Positions 18,742 to 28,201 of a DNA stretch of 64,000 bases are shown piece by piece. Positions within the stretch are counted from its first letter, which is position 1. Each line of letters starts with the position of its first letter. Made by a program: the position numbers and the translations under genes. The stretch spans positions 1,086,580 through 1,150,579 of the forward strand of contig OW818637.1 in NCBI GenBank assembly GCA_942492745.1. Reading direction: 5' to 3'. The notes under the pieces were generated by a model. The model was not told the origin of the DNA. It ran no database searches and worked only from the letters and a program-made list of their open reading frames with translations. The DNA is from an uncultured beta proteobacterium (GTDB lineage: Bacteria; Pseudomonadota; Gammaproteobacteria; Burkholderiales; Gallionellaceae).

Positions 18742-18977
18742 TTGTAGGGCAATGTAACGCGTCAATGTGATGGTTGTCAGAATGGTAGCCGTCACAAAAG
18801 AATAAAAGCTGGTTTTGCTTTACAGTAAATTCGAAATGAAGATTTTTTTCTGCAAATTTTGTAGTATTTTTTAAAAGCTAATTCGATAAAACCATTGCGT
18901 ATATTTGTCGTCTAATTTGTATTTTGGCGTGTGATAGATTTATCAATAAACCATGGAGCAATCATTTCAAAGAGCTT

Positions 18978-20015
18978 ATGGCCGATACCTTTTTACCTAC
19001 CTTTGAACACCTCGCCACTGCAGTTATTCTACTGGATGAGCAGTCGCATATCGCTTACCTCAACCCGGCTGCGGAAAATCTGTTTGCCTTAAGCAGCAAA
19101 AGTCTGATCGGCCATCCGGTGCAGCATGTCTTCACTCACACCGAGCAACTTGATGCTGCAATGCAGCATGCACTAACTAATAACGCCAGCTATATCGAGC
19201 ATGATCTTGCGTTGGGCATACCTCCACATGGCAAGTTGCATTTGCGCTGCACCGCCACGCCATTACAATTAAACAAACATTTGCTACTTGAATTTCATAC
19301 CATTGATCGTCCGCTAAAGTTAGCACGCGAAGAACAGATGCTAGACCAGACTCAAGCTAATCGCCTTCTGTTACGCAATCTGGCACACGAAATCAAGAAC
19401 CCTTTGGGTGGCATACGAGGCGCTGCACAACTACTGGAACATGAATTGGAGAAACCTGGCCTGCGTGAATACACCCAAGTCGTCATTCAGGAAACCGACC
19501 GTTTGGTTTCACTTATGGAAAAACTGCTCACCCCGCAACATAAGCCCAATTTCAGTTCCCTCAACATTCACGAAGTACTTGAACGCGTGCGAAGCGTAGT
19601 TCTTGCTGAATTCCCAGAAAATATGTCTATTCAACGCGATTACGACATCAGCCTGCCAGTGCTAATGGGCGACAAGGAGCAACTTATTCAGGCAATACTG
19701 AATCTTGTACGTAATGCTGCGCAGGCCATGCAGGGACAAGGTAATATTGTGCTACGCACACGTATCTCGCGCCAAGTAACATTGATGAAAAAACGCCATC
19801 GCTTGGCGGTAATCGTTCAGGTCATAGACAATGGCCCTGGCATCCCCGTACATTTACACGACAAGATATTTTATCCACTGGTCTCTGGCCGTGACAATGG
19901 ACATGGTCTGGGACTAACCCTGGCGCAAGATTTTGTCAGCCAACATGAAGGCAGCATAGCGTTTGACAGTGAACCGGGACGTACCTGCTTCTCTGTAATG
20001 CTGCCACTAAAATAA
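18978..20015 (+). CDS. ntrB: Nitrogen-regulation sensor histidine kinase NtrB
   Basis: It has a PAS region (ILLDEQSHIAYLNPAAENLF), the H-box LAHEIKNPLGGIRGAAQLL, and N/G boxes (LVRNAAQA, DNGPGIP, GHGLGL). It is directly followed by ntrC. Confidence 0.85.
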   Translation: MADTFLPTFEHLATAVILLDEQSHIAYLNPAAENLFALSSKSLIGHPVQHVFTHTEQLDAAMQHALTNNASYIEHDLALGIPPHGKLHLRCTATPLQLNKHLLLEFHTIDRPLKLAREEQMLDQTQANRLLLRNLAHEIKNPLGGIRGAAQLLEHELEKPGLREYTQVVIQETDRLVSLMEKLLTPQHKPNFSSLNIHEVLERVRSVVLAEFPENMSIQRDYDISLPVLMGDKEQLIQAILNLVRNAAQAMQGQGNIVLRTRISRQVTLMKKRHRLAVIVQVIDNGPGIPVHLHDKIFYPLVSGRDNGHGLGLTLAQDFVSQHEGSIAFDSEPGRTCFSVMLPLK

Positions 20016-20037
20016 AGTGAACAAAATGGGAACCAAT

Positions 20038-21435
20038 ATGAAACCTGTTTGGATCATTGACGATGACCGTTCCATACGCTGGGTACTGGAAAAAGCCTTG
20101 GAACGTTCGGACATCAAATTTACAAGCTTCGCCTCGGCCGATGAAGCATTAGCCGCGCTGCAGCACGGCACACCGCAAGCCGTCATCAGCGATATCCGCA
20201 TGCCCGGCAGCTCCGGGCTGGATTTTTTGCAAAAAATACGAGAAAGGATTCCGAGTTTGCCAGTCATTATCATGACTGCTTATTCTGATCTGGAAAGCGC
20301 GGTGTCGGCATTTCAAGGTGGAGCATTTGAGTATCTGCCCAAACCATTTGACGTCGACCAGGCTGTCGCACTAATACGCCGCGCACTAGAACAAAGCCTG
20401 CGTACTGATGCACCTGCAGAAGAGCAATCAGCCGCATCTGCACCTGATATCCTGGGGCAAGCACCAGCGATGCAGGAAGTGTTCCGCGCTATTGGACGGC
20501 TCGCACACTCCCATGCAACGGTGATCATCAACGGCGAATCCGGCACCGGCAAGGAGCTGGTAGCACAAGCTCTGCATCGCCACAGCCCGCGCGCCAACGA
20601 ACCCTTCATCGCCATTAACACTGCGGCTATTCCAAAAGATTTGCTCGAATCCGAATTGTTTGGCCATGAGCGCGGTGCATTTACCGGCGCGGCCACCACT
20701 CGCCACGGCCGTTTTGAGCAAGCCGAAGGTGGCACACTTTTTCTTGACGAAATCGGTGATATGCCGGCGGAGCTGCAGACACGTTTATTGCGCGTGCTGT
20801 CGGACAAAAATTATTATCGCGTTGGAGGGCATCAGCCGATTAAAACCAATGTACGCATTATTGCCGCCACGCACCAGAATCTTGATGAGAGGGTAAAAGA
20901 AGGTTTATTTCGTGAAGATTTATTTCACCGCCTCAATGTCATCCGCCTGCGTCTTCCTCCACTGCGTGAACGGCGCGTGGATATCCCCTTGTTGGCGAAA
21001 TATTTTTTGCAGAAAAAAGCAGGTGAACTTGCTGTCGAACAAAAGACTTTCAGCGAGGACACACTGAATTATCTTGCAACACAGAATTTTCCCGGCAATG
21101 TGCGGCAACTGGAAAACCTCTGCCACTGGCTCACTGTAATGACACCATCACAACAGATAGAAATTGCCGACTTGCCACTCGAATGGCGCGAGGCATCCGC
21201 CGTCACTGACGCCCCGTCCGACGATTGGCGTTACGAATTGGGTCTGCAGGTCGCGCTTGCATTGCAACGTGGCGATCAAAATATACTAGGCAGTTTAAAC
21301 CAGCAGTTCGAACGCACACTTATCACCCAGGCACTGAAACACACCGATGGCAGGCGCATAGAAGCCGCTACCCTCTTGGGTATGGGACGCAACACGATGA
21401 CACGCAAGATTCAGGAATTTGGATTGGATAAGTAA
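20038..21435 (+). CDS. ntrC: Nitrogen-regulation response regulator NtrC (sigma-54 activator)
   Basis: It has a receiver domain (VWIIDDDRSIRWVL...DIRMPG), an AAA+ domain (GESGTGKE, ELFGHERGAFTGA = GAFTGA motif) and a C-terminal Fis-type HTH. Confidence 0.9.
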   Translation: MKPVWIIDDDRSIRWVLEKALERSDIKFTSFASADEALAALQHGTPQAVISDIRMPGSSGLDFLQKIRERIPSLPVIIMTAYSDLESAVSAFQGGAFEYLPKPFDVDQAVALIRRALEQSLRTDAPAEEQSAASAPDILGQAPAMQEVFRAIGRLAHSHATVIINGESGTGKELVAQALHRHSPRANEPFIAINTAAIPKDLLESELFGHERGAFTGAATTRHGRFEQAEGGTLFLDEIGDMPAELQTRLLRVLSDKNYYRVGGHQPIKTNVRIIAATHQNLDERVKEGLFREDLFHRLNVIRLRLPPLRERRVDIPLLAKYFLQKKAGELAVEQKTFSEDTLNYLATQNFPGNVRQLENLCHWLTVMTPSQQIEIADLPLEWREASAVTDAPSDDWRYELGLQVALALQRGDQNILGSLNQQFERTLITQALKHTDGRRIEAATLLGMGRNTMTRKIQEFGLDK

Positions 21436-21546
21436 ATAAATAGCGGCGATATGATTTAAATAATAACTTGCAGCATCTCGATTACTAAATTGCCGTAATC
21501 TTCATGTCGGACGAAAAATAGGATTGCCGGAACCAATCAATTCAAC

Positions 21547-22752
21547 TTAGTGGGGGAATGCGTCAGAACAACTCTTTTGATCCGGCCGCAAGAATATGAA
21601 CATCGTCAGTGCAGTAAAGGCGAGACATGCGGCCATTAGGAAAGCACTGGACGGATGCATCAACCACAAAGCCCCAGCGATCAGCGATGCAGGCAGGTAG
21701 ATAAGGCCGGTCACAAAATTGTAGACACCGATCGCAGACGCGCGCCGCTCCAATTCGAGATCTGCTATAAAAGCCTTGCTTTGGACTTCGTCGATCGCAT
21801 AAAACACGCCATAGATGATGAACAGGACAATGACCTGCCATTGTGTGGTTGCAAATGCGAAGCCGAGGCTCATCAACAAATAGATCAGATAGCCCAGCAT
21901 AATTATCCGCGCCCTTCCAAAACTATCGCCAAGTTTGCCAATCAGCGGTGATGCAACAACGAACGCAATATTGAACAAGGCATAAAGCAACACGATGTCC
22001 TTGACTGAAAAACCGACGCTGTGTGCACGCAGCAGTAGAAAGCCGAAACTGAAATAGGCCAGCGAAAAGATTCCTGCAGCGACGAGATAGCGCTTGAATT
22101 CCGGACTGAGGATTTTCCATGTTTCGAACATGTTCTCGCGTCGGTGCTGAACCCCTGGCTGATCCTTGATGAGACTCAAGACCACGATGCCGAGCAAGGC
22201 GGGAATGAGCGCAACCCAGAACAGGATCCGGAACGTCGAGGCTCCGTCACCAAGCCACGAAAGCAGACCGTACGCCACTAGCGGGCCAAGAACGGCTCCG
22301 GATTTGTCGAGAGCCTTGTGCACTCCGAACGAATATCCCCTTGTGTCTTTGTCGGATACTGCCGAAAGCCAGGCATCTCGTGGCGGCCCGCGGAAACCCT
22401 TGCCCAGCCGCTCGATGACACGAAATATACTGAGTCCCATGACCGAACTGGTGATCAAGAGAATGATTTTAGCTAGCGTGGAGAAACCATATCCGGCCAG
22501 AGCGAAGACTTTGCGATTTCCGGTTCGATCTGACAACCAGCCAGCTAAGTAATTCAACGAGGATGCGGACAAGTCGGCAAGTCCCTCGATCATGCCAAGC
22601 AAAGCGGCTGATGCCCCTGCGATGGTTGTAAAGAAAATCGCGAAAACGGAAAAAATCATCTCGGAGCTAAGGTCAGTCAAAAAGCTCACCAGACCCAGCT
22701 TGAGTACGTCTGGATGCAAACCAAACTTCTTATCTGCCGGTTCGGGTGACAT
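21547..22752 (-). CDS. MFS transporter
   Basis: 401-aa ORF with about 12 TM segments. The loop motif GWLSDRTGNRK between TM2 and TM3 is characteristic of MFS proteins. Confidence 0.75.
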   Translation of the reverse strand: MSPEPADKKFGLHPDVLKLGLVSFLTDLSSEMIFSVFAIFFTTIAGASAALLGMIEGLADLSASSLNYLAGWLSDRTGNRKVFALAGYGFSTLAKIILLITSSVMGLSIFRVIERLGKGFRGPPRDAWLSAVSDKDTRGYSFGVHKALDKSGAVLGPLVAYGLLSWLGDGASTFRILFWVALIPALLGIVVLSLIKDQPGVQHRRENMFETWKILSPEFKRYLVAAGIFSLAYFSFGFLLLRAHSVGFSVKDIVLLYALFNIAFVVASPLIGKLGDSFGRARIIMLGYLIYLLMSLGFAFATTQWQVIVLFIIYGVFYAIDEVQSKAFIADLELERRASAIGVYNFVTGLIYLPASLIAGALWLMHPSSAFLMAACLAFTALTMFIFLRPDQKSCSDAFPH

Positions 22753-22964
22753 CGTGTCCTTATTGAGATAATGGTCTGCTTACAGATCAATGGCACAAAA
22801 TTTTAAAGGCTTTTAAATACTTAAGCGTTTGAATGGGCAAACATGCCATTCCCCAATAATTTTGAGTACACTGCCTATTTCAGACACTAAAAAATCGAAT
22901 GCTGCGCGTATTAATGAGTTCATGTTTAATTGGCACCGATTGATTGGTACAAGAGGCTGTTGGC

Positions 22965-23588
22965 TCACTGTTTCCAGCCAAGAATCAATGGCTTTCGTCT
23001 TGAAGTTGAGGCGGCTTCTCCGCTCGGCACGCCCACGATGATTGGCGCTACTGCATTAAATTCTGCCGGGATGTTGAGTTCTGCTTTCACCTCTGGAGTG
23101 TTTAGTGCCTCAACAGAAGAGCCGATAACGCAACTGCCCAACCCGATGGCGCAGGCCGCTAATATCAGGTTTTCCGCCGCCAGCCAGCAGTCAGCTTCTA
23201 CAAAATGGTCGGATGGTTTGGCGCAGATGACAATGAGCGTGCCTGCGTTATGGAAGATATTGAAATCCGGGTTGGAGAAGGTATCTATTGCATGAACACC
23301 TGTCTGGTGGGTGCGATGCAACCTCTCGATGAAAAGAGGCTTGGCGCGATCGGACAATTGCTTTAAAAGCTGTCTGTTCTGCACAACGACGAATGCCCAC
23401 GGTTCTTCATGCATGGCTGTGGGCGCGCGCACGGCGGCTTCCAGCAATTTTTGAATGGTGTTGCGGTCAAGTTCAATTGGCGCATAAGCGCGTACAGAAC
23501 GCCGCGCAAGAATAGTCTCGAATATGTTTTTATGTGGCTTCTCGTTAGCAGATAGGGTCATGATCATTAACTTCCTTAGAGCAGGCAT
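22965..23588 (-). CDS. Nitroreductase-family flavoprotein
   Basis: ILARRSVRAY, APTAMHEEPW and IGLGSCVIG are typical nitroreductase-fold motifs. The ORF is about 200 aa. Confidence 0.8.
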   Translation of the reverse strand: MPALRKLMIMTLSANEKPHKNIFETILARRSVRAYAPIELDRNTIQKLLEAAVRAPTAMHEEPWAFVVVQNRQLLKQLSDRAKPLFIERLHRTHQTGVHAIDTFSNPDFNIFHNAGTLIVICAKPSDHFVEADCWLAAENLILAACAIGLGSCVIGSSVEALNTPEVKAELNIPAEFNAVAPIIVGVPSGEAASTSRRKPLILGWKQ

Positions 23589-23621
23589 TACACAGTAGCA
23601 TCAAATCATCTCAGCGATAAG

Positions 23622-25079
23622 ATGCATGTCATCACGTACCAGTACGACGCTCTGGGTCGCCGCATTGCGCGCAATCTGGACAACGTCGATACCACCGCCT
23701 ATGACTATGACAAGGCCGGGCGGGTGACCAGCATCAAATTCAACAACGAAGCGCCGGTCCGCTACGAATGGGACGCCGCCAGCCGTCTTACTGTCAAAAC
23801 CCTGTCCAACGGTGTGCGCATGGAATACCAGTACGACGCCGCATCACGCCTGCTCGGGATCACCTATCGTAAACCCGACAACACTGTCATCAACAGCATA
23901 GCCTACGGCTATGACGCCAAAGGCCAGCGCACCAGCAAAACCACCACGCTGCCCAGCCGCGACGAAACCCCGTTCACCGCTACCTACGACGCGGCTGACC
24001 GTATGCTGACCTTCACTCTCACGGGCAGCGGTGAAATCTTCAATTTGGCCTATGACGACAATGGCAACTTGGTCAGCAAGATCAGCCAGTCCACCGGGCA
24101 AACAACCACGTACACCTGGAATACGCGTAGCTGGCTGACTGCAATCACCGGACCGGGCCTTACCGCCAGCTTTGCTTATGACGCGCTGGGCCGACGCATC
24201 GAAAAAACCGTCAATGGACAGAGCGTTGGGTTTCTCTATGATGGTAGTCAGGTTATCGCCGAGCTGGCGGGCAATACGGTCAACGTCAAACTGTTGTCGG
24301 GTATTGCCGTCGATGAAATGCTGGCACGATATACTGCGGCGGCGGCACGACATTACCTGACCGATGCGCTGGGCAGTGTGGTGGCGATGCTGAAGGATGA
24401 CGCGAGCGTGCAGAATTATTATGCATACAGCCCCTATGGCGAGACCACACCATCCGCAAATGATGACGGCAATTCAAGCGTATATACCGGGCGGGAAAAT
24501 GATTTGACGGGGGTTTATTATTATCGTGCGAGGTATTTTGATCCGGTTTTGAAAAGGTTTATTAGTGGGGATCCGATTGGGTTGGTGGGGGGATTGAATT
24601 TCTATACCTATGTAGGGGAAAATCCGGTTAGTTTTGTTGATCCGTTTGGTTTGAGCTACCTTGTGTACAACAATAACTTGCAAAAACTTTATGTCTTGGA
24701 TGGTAGTGGCGACATCATTCAGAAATTCGATGCCGCAAATAATGCACAAACCGGGAGCAGAGGTTCTTGGCCAGAGGGGACATACAATATCGACTACTTC
24801 AGATTTCACAAAGATGACTCACCAAGTAGTAAGTTTGGCTCAAACGGAAACGTAGTGTTTGACCTCCCAGGATGTCGTGGTTGTGGTGTTCATTCTGGCC
24901 ATAGGGATAAAAAAGATAAGGCTGGAAGAAAGGGTTACAAACATGCAACTGATGGTTGTATACGAACAACTGATGATGCGACTTCCTTAATACAACAGCT
25001 TGAGAAAAGTGACGACCCGGTAGAGTCATTAACTGTTATCGATAGGGGAGCAATATGCGATTACTTATTGCCATACTGA
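23622..25079 (+). CDS. Orphan Rhs/YD-repeat C-terminal cassette with a polymorphic toxin tip (L,D-transpeptidase/Tlde1-like)
   Basis: YD repeats run from residue 1 (YQYDALGRRI, YDYDKAGRVT, YGYDAKGQRT, FAYDALGRRIEK). The Rhs core ends YYRARYFDPVLKRFISGDPIGL...NPVSFVDPFGL. A 141-aa tip follows (24654-25076). No N-terminal or PAAR part is present; the frame is closed by a TAG 45 nt upstream. Confidence 0.8.
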   Translation: MHVITYQYDALGRRIARNLDNVDTTAYDYDKAGRVTSIKFNNEAPVRYEWDAASRLTVKTLSNGVRMEYQYDAASRLLGITYRKPDNTVINSIAYGYDAKGQRTSKTTTLPSRDETPFTATYDAADRMLTFTLTGSGEIFNLAYDDNGNLVSKISQSTGQTTTYTWNTRSWLTAITGPGLTASFAYDALGRRIEKTVNGQSVGFLYDGSQVIAELAGNTVNVKLLSGIAVDEMLARYTAAAARHYLTDALGSVVAMLKDDASVQNYYAYSPYGETTPSANDDGNSSVYTGRENDLTGVYYYRARYFDPVLKRFISGDPIGLVGGLNFYTYVGENPVSFVDPFGLSYLVYNNNLQKLYVLDGSGDIIQKFDAANNAQTGSRGSWPEGTYNIDYFRFHKDDSPSSKFGSNGNVVFDLPGCRGCGVHSGHRDKKDKAGRKGYKHATDGCIRTTDDATSLIQQLEKSDDPVESLTVIDRGAICDYLLPY

Positions 25080-25522
25080 TTTTCTCTGTAGGTTTTGCTG
25101 GGCATGCTTTTGCGGCAAGAGTGAAGTCTTGTAGCAGAAATGATGCAATAGAGGCTGAAGGCGAAGCCTCAAAATTAAATCTACAGGACTGGGGTAGTGT
25201 TTACAAATCATTTAAGCGGTTTGCACAATGCGATGATGCGTCAATTGGCGAAGGATACAGTGAGGTAATCGTTGAGTTGCTAGTGAACGACTGGAAGTCA
25301 ATTGACGAACTGAATAAGCCAGCATCGAAGGATAAGCGCTTCAAACGATTTGTTCTTCACCATGTTGATGAGCTTATGAGCCCAGAGGAGGCTCAACAAA
25401 TATATGAGAACGTGCGAACACGTTGCCCAACCAAACTAAATAAACTATGTAAGCTCATTGAAAATGAACTGGATAAAACCCCGACGGGTGATGTTTCCAC
25501 CCGCGTAAGGCGTACCCCGTAA
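25055..25522 (+). CDS. Candidate cognate immunity protein (exported)
   Basis: 155-aa ORF overlapping the Rhs stop by 25 nt. It has a signal peptide MRLLIAILIFSVGFAGHAFA. This position is typical for Rhs immunity genes. I recognise no family. Confidence 0.45.
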   Translation: MRLLIAILIFSVGFAGHAFAARVKSCSRNDAIEAEGEASKLNLQDWGSVYKSFKRFAQCDDASIGEGYSEVIVELLVNDWKSIDELNKPASKDKRFKRFVLHHVDELMSPEEAQQIYENVRTRCPTKLNKLCKLIENELDKTPTGDVSTRVRRTP

Positions 25523-25562
25523 GCGAGCGTAGCCTGGGCTAACGTAGATACCGTCTTTAAAG

Positions 25563-26549
25563 TCAAGCATTTTTCAGGTAATCGTGTTGATACGGCTGTT
25601 GAGTTTTGAGTACGCCAAAGCACAAATGCACCAGCTTGCGCATTGCGGCACCGAGGGAGGACATCTTGGACTTGCCTCGGGCAAGCAGGCGTTCATAAAC
25701 AGCTTTGACGTGTGGGTTGTAGCGTGTTCCCACGACGGCAGCCACATAGAGCACGGCGCGTATTCTGGCGGGGCCGGCCTTGGACATTCGCGCGTGTCCC
25801 AGCACCGAACTACCCGACTGTCGTTCCACCGGAACGAGTCCCAGATAAGCCGCCAACTGTTCAGCTGAACCGAAATCATGGTTGTGCATGACAGAGAGTA
25901 TATTGCTCCCCACCTGCGGGCCAATTGCTGGAATACTCTGGAGCAATGCCCTATCTTTCTGAAGATTCGGATGCTTGTCGATATGTGCATCAATATCCTT
26001 TTGTAGCTGGGCTAACTGTTTGGCTAGAAACCCAATGCTCTCTTCAAGTGATTTATGAATCAGTGTTGGTGTGTCTGTGGCATGGGCTTTCTCCTGGCGA
26101 TTGCGCTCGCGATGTAAATCTTGGGCAATGGCTTCACGGCGGACCAACAACGATTGAAGTACCCGTGCTTCCTGAGGAGGAGGCACCCAAGCTTTAGGTT
26201 TGAGCAATGCGCCATAACGAGCCAGCACAACGCTGTCCACGCCATCGGTCCTGGTGCGCACGGCCAGCCCACGGCCAAAATCTTTAACCTGTGCCGGATT
26301 GATGATGGAAACCATCACGCCAGCATCCGCGAGCGCCATGGCAGCTTGTTCGTGATAGATGCCGGTGGCTTCCATGACGATATGCAATGCTTCTGGGGAA
26401 ACGTTTTGTTTGGCAACCCAAGCCAGCAAATCAACGATGCCTGACTGGGTGTTATTCACTACTTTGGCCTTGCGCTTGCCACTGGCTTCATCCAGCAACA
26501 GGCAACAATCCAATTTGGCTTTTGCCACATCCATACCGAGATAGAACAT
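25563..26549 (-). CDS. IS110-family transposase (DEDD recombinase)
   Basis: The N-terminus is MFYLGMDVAKAKLDCCLL...VMEATGIYHE (DEDD_Tnp_IS110). The C-terminus is LQSIPAIGPQVGSNILS...AAYLGLVPVERQSGSS (Transposase_20). Confidence 0.9.
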   Translation of the reverse strand: MFYLGMDVAKAKLDCCLLLDEASGKRKAKVVNNTQSGIVDLLAWVAKQNVSPEALHIVMEATGIYHEQAAMALADAGVMVSIINPAQVKDFGRGLAVRTRTDGVDSVVLARYGALLKPKAWVPPPQEARVLQSLLVRREAIAQDLHRERNRQEKAHATDTPTLIHKSLEESIGFLAKQLAQLQKDIDAHIDKHPNLQKDRALLQSIPAIGPQVGSNILSVMHNHDFGSAEQLAAYLGLVPVERQSGSSVLGHARMSKAGPARIRAVLYVAAVVGTRYNPHVKAVYERLLARGKSKMSSLGAAMRKLVHLCFGVLKTQQPYQHDYLKNA

Positions 26550-26639
26550 GATGACCTCCTGTTTCAATGTTAGCCAACTTCGCCCACTTGCCTTGTGCAT
26601 GCAGGGTTCACCCCTTGGATACCGTTCAGTGTCTATGCC

Positions 26640-26790
26640 GGCGAAAGGTGAAGCAGAGGGCTTGATCTACGTCACAAGGTCGAGCCTTAAGGTTGGGCTC
26701 AAGCTTCCTCTGCTTCGTGTGATGGTAGCTAACCACCACGGAAAGAAAGATATAAGATACCGTCTTGACTGTCTTCCGAACCGAAATCAG
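26640..26790 (-). ncRNA. Candidate IS110 bridge (seek) RNA region
   Basis: Two stem-loops are visible. The first spans 26650-26716: gaagcagagggcttga pairs with tcaagcTTcctctgcttc, giving a 16-bp stem with a 2-nt bulge. The second spans 26739-26778 (cggaa.ga/tcttccg). The loop of the second contains a 12-nt exact copy (26755-26766) of the sequence at the other IS end (25546-25557). Confidence 0.3.
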
Positions 26791-26879
26791 GCATCGCTGG
26801 TCGCGGTGTTCGATGTGGATAACTGGTCGCCATCCAAATTTGAAGCTGGACAGCGACAACTAAAGGTAATGCACTTGCA

Positions 26880-26909
26880 TTGACATGGTAATGTGATCAC
26901 CTTACCATG
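26880..26909 (+). promoter_or_regulatory. prlF-yhaV promoter with palindromic operator
   Basis: TTGACA (26880-85) is followed by 17 nt and then TACCAT. The promoter overlaps the dyad catggtaa-N10-ttaccatg (26884-26909), 33 nt upstream of the prlF ATG. Confidence 0.35.
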
Positions 26910-26941
26910 CAAGGCATCTACATTTTTGATAGGAGAGCCCC

Positions 26942-27271
26942 ATGCCTGCCACCCTCGAAGTCGAATCCACGCTGACCGACCGCTACCAGACTACGGTACC
27001 AGAGACCGTGCGTCGCGCCCTTCAGCTGGGCAAGCGCGACAAGATTCACTACACGATCCGGTCCAGCGGCGAAGTCGTGCTGACACGCGCCGAAGTTTCC
27101 GAAGGAAATGACCCGGTGCTTGGCCAGTTTCTGAGCTTTTTAGCCCGCGACATCGCCAGCCATCCGGAACGCCTGCAGGTCGTCGATGCTAGCTTTGTGC
27201 AGCATATCCAGTCGCTGGTCGATCGTATCGAAGTTGATCTTGACGCTCCACTTTCGGCAGACGATGAATGA
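26942..27271 (+). CDS. prlF: PrlF/SohA-family (AbrB-fold) antitoxin
   Basis: 109 aa. STLTDRYQTTVPETVRRALQL..DKIHYTI..GEVVLTR is the SpoVT/AbrB-like N-terminus typical of PrlF. It overlaps the YhaV-like gene by 4 nt. Confidence 0.8.
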   Translation: MPATLEVESTLTDRYQTTVPETVRRALQLGKRDKIHYTIRSSGEVVLTRAEVSEGNDPVLGQFLSFLARDIASHPERLQVVDASFVQHIQSLVDRIEVDLDAPLSADDE

Positions 27272-27774
27272 ATGCAAGCAAACCCGCGCCCTTGATCATC
27301 AACGGCTGGACGGTTTTCGCTCACCCCCTATTCTTGGTACAACTTGAAGCATTGGCCCGGCAGGTCGAGGTGTTCAAGCAAAAAGACCCTGTGATGTACG
27401 TGAAGAAGAACGTCAGCAAGCGACTGGCGGCAATCACCAAGTTGGCGTTCGACGCCATCCCGCAGGATCCGACGCGGCCGGAATACCGACAAGGCAACAC
27501 CCTCGGCGACGAACACAAGCACTGGATCCGGGCCAAATTCCTTCAGCAGTACCGACTGTTCTTCCGTTTCCACGCGCCGAGCAAGGTAATCGTGTTCGTC
27601 TGGATCAACGACGAGGATACCAAGCGCGCCTACGAGAGTAGCGACGACGCCTACCGGGTGTTCCGCAAGATGCTGGAAAGCGGCCATCCCCCTGACGACT
27701 GGAACCAATTGGTAGCCGAGGCGCGTGCTGAGGGTCAACGCCTGCAGCAGTTTGCAGCAGGCGTAGCAATGTAA
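27268..27774 (+). CDS. yhaV: YhaV-family toxin (ribonuclease)
   Basis: 168 aa. INGWTVFAHPLFLVQLEAL..., AITKLAFDAIPQDPTRPEYRQGNTLG..HKHWIRAKF.QQYRLFFRF and IVFVWINDEDTKRAY match YhaV toxins. Confidence 0.85.
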   Translation: MNASKPAPLIINGWTVFAHPLFLVQLEALARQVEVFKQKDPVMYVKKNVSKRLAAITKLAFDAIPQDPTRPEYRQGNTLGDEHKHWIRAKFLQQYRLFFRFHAPSKVIVFVWINDEDTKRAYESSDDAYRVFRKMLESGHPPDDWNQLVAEARAEGQRLQQFAAGVAM

Positions 27775-27813
27775 GGCTTGGCTTTGTAGCGAAGGAAGAG
27801 CAACGTTGTTATA

Positions 27814-28098
27814 GTGTTATCTGCCCCGAACGGGCAAAGCGGTTTTAACACCACAAAAAACGGTACCTATGACGACATTACCCAATTCACTGACAATGGC
27901 GACAAGGTGACCCGCACCATGGAATATGATCCAAACACGGGCCGCATGCTGAAAGGCACCGATGTGGTGGGCAATACCACTACCCTCCTCCGCGATCTGG
28001 CCGGGCGCGTCACCCAGGCAACCGATCCTTTGGGCTTTTCCAACCAGATAAGCGTGAGCCCCATCGATCAGGTCACCCAGGTGGCTTGCGAAGCCTAA
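27814..28098 (+). pseudogene. Internal Rhs/YD-repeat fragment
   Basis: 94-aa ORF with YD-type repeats (MEYDPNTGRMLKGTDVVGNTTTL.RDLAGRVTQATDPLG). It lacks both N- and C-terminal Rhs landmarks. Confidence 0.6.
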
Positions 28099-28201
28099 TA
28101 TCAAAATGGGATGAACACATGCGTTACAAACATGCGCTTGAATCGTACCATTTCGTATGTCGTAACTTGACACCGAACGATTGAAATTAGTAAGATCAAT
28201 C

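Larger units (their letters stand above)
25542..26870 (-). mobile_element. IS110-family insertion sequence (ends approximate)
   Basis: It comprises the transposase ORF, a roughly 300-nt structured non-coding region upstream of it, and at most 40 nt downstream. No terminal inverted repeats are seen, as expected for IS110. The boundaries cannot be fixed from a single copy. Confidence 0.45.

Noticed and set aside
18742-18977. Searched the nirC-ntrB spacer for a sigma-54 promoter or terminator.
   Set aside because: There is no TGGCAC-N5-TTGC-like match with correct spacing and no convincing hairpin with a T-tract. ntrBC may be co-transcribed or use an unrecognised promoter.
26665-26672. 8-nt reverse-complement match between the first IS110 stem-loop and the IS junction.
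   Set aside because: It is not rejected as an observation but is rejected as independent evidence. About 0.4 such matches are expected by chance in this comparison. Only the 12-mer is statistically meaningful.
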